The translations under genes were made by a program, and so were the position numbers. A stretch of DNA of 64,000 bases, from contig NW_018408820.1 in assembly GCF_002113885.1 (NCBI RefSeq), forward strand, positions 1,284,754 through 1,348,753. The letters run 5' to 3'. This DNA comes from Mizuhopecten yessoensis (Eukaryota). Shown here piece after piece: positions 58,800 through 64,000 of the stretch. Every line of letters starts with the position of its first letter. Within the stretch, counting starts at the first letter, position 1. Under the pieces are notes generated by a model, which saw nothing but the letters and a program-made list of their open reading frames with translations, made no database searches and was not told the DNA's origin.

Positions 58800-61700
58800 A
58801 TGTTTTTGTCCATTTTTATACCTGTTGTCTACTTCTTGACCGGTAAAAACAAAGGTAAGATACAGAATCATTTCTTTTAGGGAAAATCACAGGTAAGTCA
58901 CAGAATTGCGTCTTGTTAATTCATAGGTAAAGGTTTTCTATTTTCGGTTTACTGAGCTGTCTTACTGATCACTCCCACACATAATTTGAAAAGTAATTTT
59001 TAAAGTTGTATTTTTCGGACAGAGTTATAAAGTATATATGTAAGAAAATGGACTGTTTGGCAATACGTTGTATCGTTTTTTTGTTTGCTTAAACGTTTTC
59101 ATCTTAAGGCAAGTAGAAAAAGCCAATCTGATTAAAATCCTCTGTTACATGTACATCACAACCTGGAAAAGGGGGTGTTTTTACTGTTCATTTTAACTTT
59201 GAGCACGTTTAATGTACACCGGGACCTATATACTTACCGTTAGTTCTCGTGATTTGACCCCCAGAGCCTGTCGAGTGTTACCGTGATACGACCCGCCTGC
59301 TCTGTGACTGGTTCTATGATCGTCCCTCCACCTCCTCCCAGGCAGACCAATACGCTACGGTAACTGAAACATTGTTTTGATAACTTCCTACATATTCTAA
59401 TTAAGAAACCGCTCAACGAGTGGAACTGTTTTCTAATGCCCAGTCCAATATGAAATATAAACTTTATTCATTTTACAACAATTATGAAACAAGTTATTTC
59501 ATCTTATATTAATCACTTTTGATTGCCCGGATGTTAGCGCGTGGGGGGTCTTAGTGTGGGAGGAAACAGGAGTACCCGGTGAAAACTCACGGGGATGATC
59601 TTTTTGCGATTTCGCGGTTTAATAGAGTGATCGCGAAAATATGATCTGCAGAATAATATGAAAAGCGTGAGAATGAGTCGTGTTAATAAACGTACTAACA
59701 TAAATGTCGTCATGAAATAGTGAGTATGTGGTAATCAATTATTGGCAGTAACCGTTTCTTATATACGTATACAGCTACATCTTCGCTAGCCAAAGTAAGG
59801 GCTACGATCTGGTACGATCTGGTCTTCCTACCGTACCAGATTGTAACCTTTGAATTGGCTAGCGAAGATGATATAGCTACAGTATTTTATGTCGTCTTGG
59901 GTATACACTGTATCACTATGAATATTTAATGATAGATTTCTGGTACAGGAATTCTTATCTACACCAGACTCAAAACATAATAATTGTTATAGATAAATAA
60001 AAAGATTTTTTTTTATTGTAACGACACTATACAGTCCATAAATTAGCTTTGAAGTTGTTCATAAATCAATTTTTACCCTGTGTCTATCCAATTCATTTCA
60101 AAACAGTTTAAATTCTTAACACAAACTACATTTTCCGGTAAATTATTCTACACATTTGCTGCTCTTAGTCAAAAAGCTATTTTTTCTCTTCATAATTGCA
60201 CACTTTTGGGGTTATATTTTCAAAGAATTTCCTCCATGTCCTGATTGATTTGACACATCTTTCCGTAACTTCAAAAGATCAGTATTGTAATGTATCTATA
60301 AAATATATCAATTGTGATATACCAGACCAGACCACAGACGGCGTTGTCCCCCGAGGGGAGACACAGAGAACCAGACATGGCTGTCGTCCCTAACACTGTC
60401 TACCCTGATAGCGACCAGTTCTGGAACGACCGCTACAAACAGGTAGGCAAACAGTAAATGTTTTACAGTGTTATACTGAGATACAATGAAAATTCATCAA
60501 CACTGTAGGTTTCGTTCTTGTGTTTTATTACGTTTAAGAAAAAATCCACAGATCCTGAGGGGGTTTACAGATTTTTGCCTTTGCTACGAAAGTATGCTAA
60601 AGCCCTATATCACCAGTCTTAAAATTTTCTTCATAACAAACTTCCAAAACGTCTTATAATGCCCATGTGCTGATCGATGTTCGTAGAGTTAAAAATAATG
60701 CAGTTGTTAGCTATGACCAATTAAAAATGGCCCTTGTGCAAGGTGACCAAAAGTACTCATATTCCACACATACATACAGGAACACACAAACATTAAGGGT
60801 CCTCGCACCACATTATGTTACACAAACATTAAGGGTGCTCGCACCACATTCTGTTACACAAACATTAAGGGTCCTCGCACCACATTAAGTTACACAAACA
60901 TTAGGGGTCCTCGCACCACATTCTGTTACAAATGTTCTCTAGGTATTATGTACATAACATTCTAAACCATTTAAAAATATTACCATCATCATTGATGGAA
61001 GACAGAAATTAACGAAAAAAAAGAAACATACGAACAACAACTCATTTCACTTGGTCTGCTCATGTACTAAATAATCGTGAACACTAATATGATATTTTCA
61101 GCTGAAGACCGGGACCAACCTAAGTTGTACAACATTCCCCAACGACAAGGTCAACTCTACAGTAAGTGTGTGAACACCTCCGTCACAATATTTCCATCTT
61201 GATATTCCATGGGGTTACGATCACAGGGGCCTGAGAATTTGTTTCAGCTGTTGGACCTTAACTAAGGTGTTCAGAGTAATTTTACATGTTCTAGGGGTTT
61301 CTAACGACTTTCGGTAAAAATGACACCCCGAATGACTATATAACTGAAACATGTAAAATTACACTGAACACCTTCGTTTAGGTCCAAATATAGCTGTAAC
61401 AAATTATCAGGTCCCTGTGGTTACGCTCACTATCGCTCCTTGAATATGTCATAGTTAAATCGAACACCTTGTGAATGAGACGAGAAGACTAGTTTGGACT
61501 TTTGATGTCTATCAAAATAATCTGTCGGTCGCGTAACGGTAAAATTGACTGCCTTTGAAGTCGAATGTCGCTCCTGTGTAACCTTCAAAAGACTGGTATC
61601 AGCCTAGCGATTGGTCATTTTTTTTTTTTAAATAGAGTCTTATCAATTAGGTAGCCGCATGCCTTGCATATTGCTATGACATATTCCAGGGGTGAAAAGA

Positions 61701-62684
61701 GCGGAAGAGTATCGAGGATGATATAGTTTCTGTCCCTTTGGTAACTTAAAAATAAACTTCAGTTATTTTACAACAATTATGAAACAAGTTATCTCAAATT
61801 ATATTTATCACTCTTGTTGGCTCGGATGTAAGGGCGCGGGGTCTTAATTTGTGGAGGAAACAGAAGTACTCGGAGAAAACCCACGTGGTCGAGCAGGTGA
61901 CCCCAATAGCTTTTCACGTCCGATCGGGGAATCGAACCCAATCGAACCCCTGTCGCCTTGGTGAAAGGCGTGTGCGCTATCCACTGCGCCACCGCCCACC
62001 CTAGTAGCTTGAACTATGTTCTATATGATATGTTCCATGTATATGTATTGTTAACGGGAACAATTGTTACTGTTTTACATTTGTCAAACTGCACGTGAAT
62101 TTTAAAACATGCACGTTCACTTTTATACAAATGCTTCGCTGTATGAGTTAAATGTCATTATGTCATGGTGATATTCATAGTATTCAAGTTTTTAGTTCTT
62201 TCGATGGATGCTGGATGAGAATTCCAACATGGCCGCCAGGCTGAAAAATGTTTATGTTCACTTTTTTGACTAATAGGCATAGTAGACATTCATATAAAAT
62301 GTGATTTTGAAGGTTTCCAAATGTAAGAGATCCCTGCTTGAATTGCAAAAACAGTCGAGATCGAGTATTCTCCCAACCTCTTTTGATTATTAAAGTTTAT
62401 ACCACATTTTACTTTTAAAACTGTTTTGAAATCAGGGCCCTGTGAGCATACCCAGAGTGTTGCCAGGGAGACAGATATGGTTCGGCGGCATGACCACTCC
62501 ATTCCGTACCGCCATGAGGAAGCTGTATGCCGCGTCTTGTACTGATGTGAACGTTCCGTCTGAAGAAGGCAGCTCTGTAGATCCGTGCTACACTCCGCAG
62601 TACAAGACATGTGATGAAGCTGGTAGTGTGGCAGATCCACGTTCCTGTTGCAGCTCAATTGACAACTGCACTGGTCTCGACTGA
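58800..62684 (+). CDS. Uncharacterised small, probably secreted, cysteine-rich protein (~187 aa)
   Basis: Phase-consistent exons 58800-58842 (or -58854), 59265-59359, 60326 (or 60338)-60442, 61102-61161 and 62436-62684 give MFLSIFIPVVYFLTEPVEC-YRDTTRLLCDWFYDRP...FWNDRYKQLKTGTNLSC...DPCYTPQYKTCDEAGSVADPRSCCSSIDNCTGLD*. The first exon is the least certain. Confidence 0.68.
59778..59870. mobile_element. 93-bp palindromic MITE with 9-bp TSD
   Basis: CATCTTCGCTAGCCAA...TTGGCTAGCGAAGATG; flanks ATACAGCTA / ATATAGCTA. Confidence 0.75.
60784..60930. repeat. 36-bp tandem repeat x4
   Basis: Unit ACACAAACATTAAGGGTCCTCGCACCACATTATGTT. Confidence 0.9.
61222..61419. mobile_element. CACAG...CTGTG MITE with 8-bp TSD
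   Basis: CACAGGGGCCTGAGAATTTGT / ACAAATTATCAGGTCCCTGTG; flanks GTTACGAT / GTTACGCT. Confidence 0.75.
61767..62000 (-). mobile_element. tRNA-derived SINE with V-domain-like core
   Basis: Minus strand: GGTGGCGCAGTGGATAGCG (A-box), GGTTCGATTCCC (B-box), GTGGGTTTTCTCCGAGTACTTCTGTTTCCTCCAC core. Confidence 0.75.
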
Positions 62685-64000
62685 ACTTGGGAGTGGAGAA
62701 ATGGTGAAGCACGTGCTCCACGTTTGCACTGTAGCTCTGCCGACAAAAGCGATTGGTTTGACTGAACAAGAGACAAAAGTCCGCTCATATGTACCATGAT
62801 CTAAAAAATGGGGTTACGGACGGGACCAGATGTTTAAGTATGCTCTGAGAGTGTATTGAATCCGCTCTCAACAAGAACAATGCTATCAACAGTGATTTTT
62901 GAAATGATCCATATGGTAGTTGACGTTGTTCCGAAGCATGAGTTTGATACACGAGGATGTTGTTCTTCCCACCTTATACCAGGCCCTTTGAGTTTCAAAA
63001 TGTCCTGCCCGTCCAGGTCACGCGCTGAAGTTGGACGGTTCAGGCTGTGACAGCGGCTGCGGTCCACGGGACGACGTCCTTAGTGCAGTCCTCGCTGTCC
63101 TCCGATGTGTGTTTGTCGTCTGCCATGACTGTTGATTAATGATAAACATTTCCCATCGATGGCTAAATGTATTACAGTAATATCTATTTGAATGCATATA
63201 ATTATTCGCATTTGTGTACAGAAAATTATTAATATAGTTTTTAACGTGTGTCTGATAAGTAATCATCGTTTGTATTTTAAAAGAATGAAGAATTTGTAAA
63301 GAATTGGTAAATCAGGTTTCCGGTTACAGCGAATAAATACGAAGAAATACAAGCAACCTATACATGATATTCGTTTCATATATGTGTAATACGATAAGAA
63401 AGAAAGACAAATGTTAAACATATATTTAAATTGATAAATAAATATTTTATCATAAATATCTTGTTTAGTTGTGCCATAATCCAATCGCATTTTTGATACT
63501 TTTTTTTTCTCAGAATCAATATGAATTTTAAAGGCATAGAATTGTCCGGATTTCTCCGGAACCTTGAGTGAATTGGGTAGTGAATTATAATAACTGAAAA
63601 TGACTTCGGGTCATGATCAGTGGGTGGGACTGCGGGACACTTGGTAAACTCATTCACCCATGAATACACAGTTAAGCTCTTCCAATTCAAGGGTTGGAAT
63701 AGTTCATTATGAAATTTCAGGGATGAATGAGTTAATAGGACAACTGATTAGAGACATTGGGTTATTGGGACGGAAAACAGTGACATGGAAACATTGAACT
63801 CCATATCACACAAAACAGACACGTACATCCTGGCTTTATATGTCTCTGCACAAAAGCAACATGTGTGTTAAAATACTATTTAAACAACTTACACTTGAAT
63901 AGATACATTGAGCTATAATGATCGCCCTGGTAATGATATTTGGTTTTCCAAACTGAGATAATGTATCCCGTTCTATCGTATATGGCATGATCACTGGGAC

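Overview
AT-rich, intron-rich animal genomic DNA, most likely a bivalve mollusc (scallop-like, inferred from the expanded B-box/NHL TRIM genes and the SINE/HINE/MITE repertoire). Genes assembled by hand from GT-AG exons: the 3' nine exons of MIOS (+), RPA3 (-, 4 exons) and UMAD1 (+, 2 coding exons), in the same order and orientation as the human MIOS-RPA3-UMAD1 block. The window also holds a B-box/coiled-coil/NHL-like TRIM gene antisense inside a MIOS intron and split by one in-frame TAA, an intact RING-B-box-CC-NHL-like TRIM gene (-), a membrane-anchored prolyl-4-hydroxylase-type 2OG-Fe(II) dioxygenase (+, 6 coding exons), and a small, probably secreted Cys-rich protein of unknown family (+, 5 exons). 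The most striking unexplained pattern is that five intronic tandem arrays in two unrelated genes are each built from 'last bases of the exon + its own GT splice donor', giving runs of decoy 5' splice sites; the stop-codon regions of RPA3 and the P4H gene are similarly duplicated. There are also miniature LTR retrotransposons whose LTRs contain a tRNA-like Pol III cassette (Helenus-type TRIMs, with PBS, PPT and 4-bp TSD), a piggyBac relic, many MITEs and SINEs, and several minisatellites. All coordinates were read by eye and no database searches were run.
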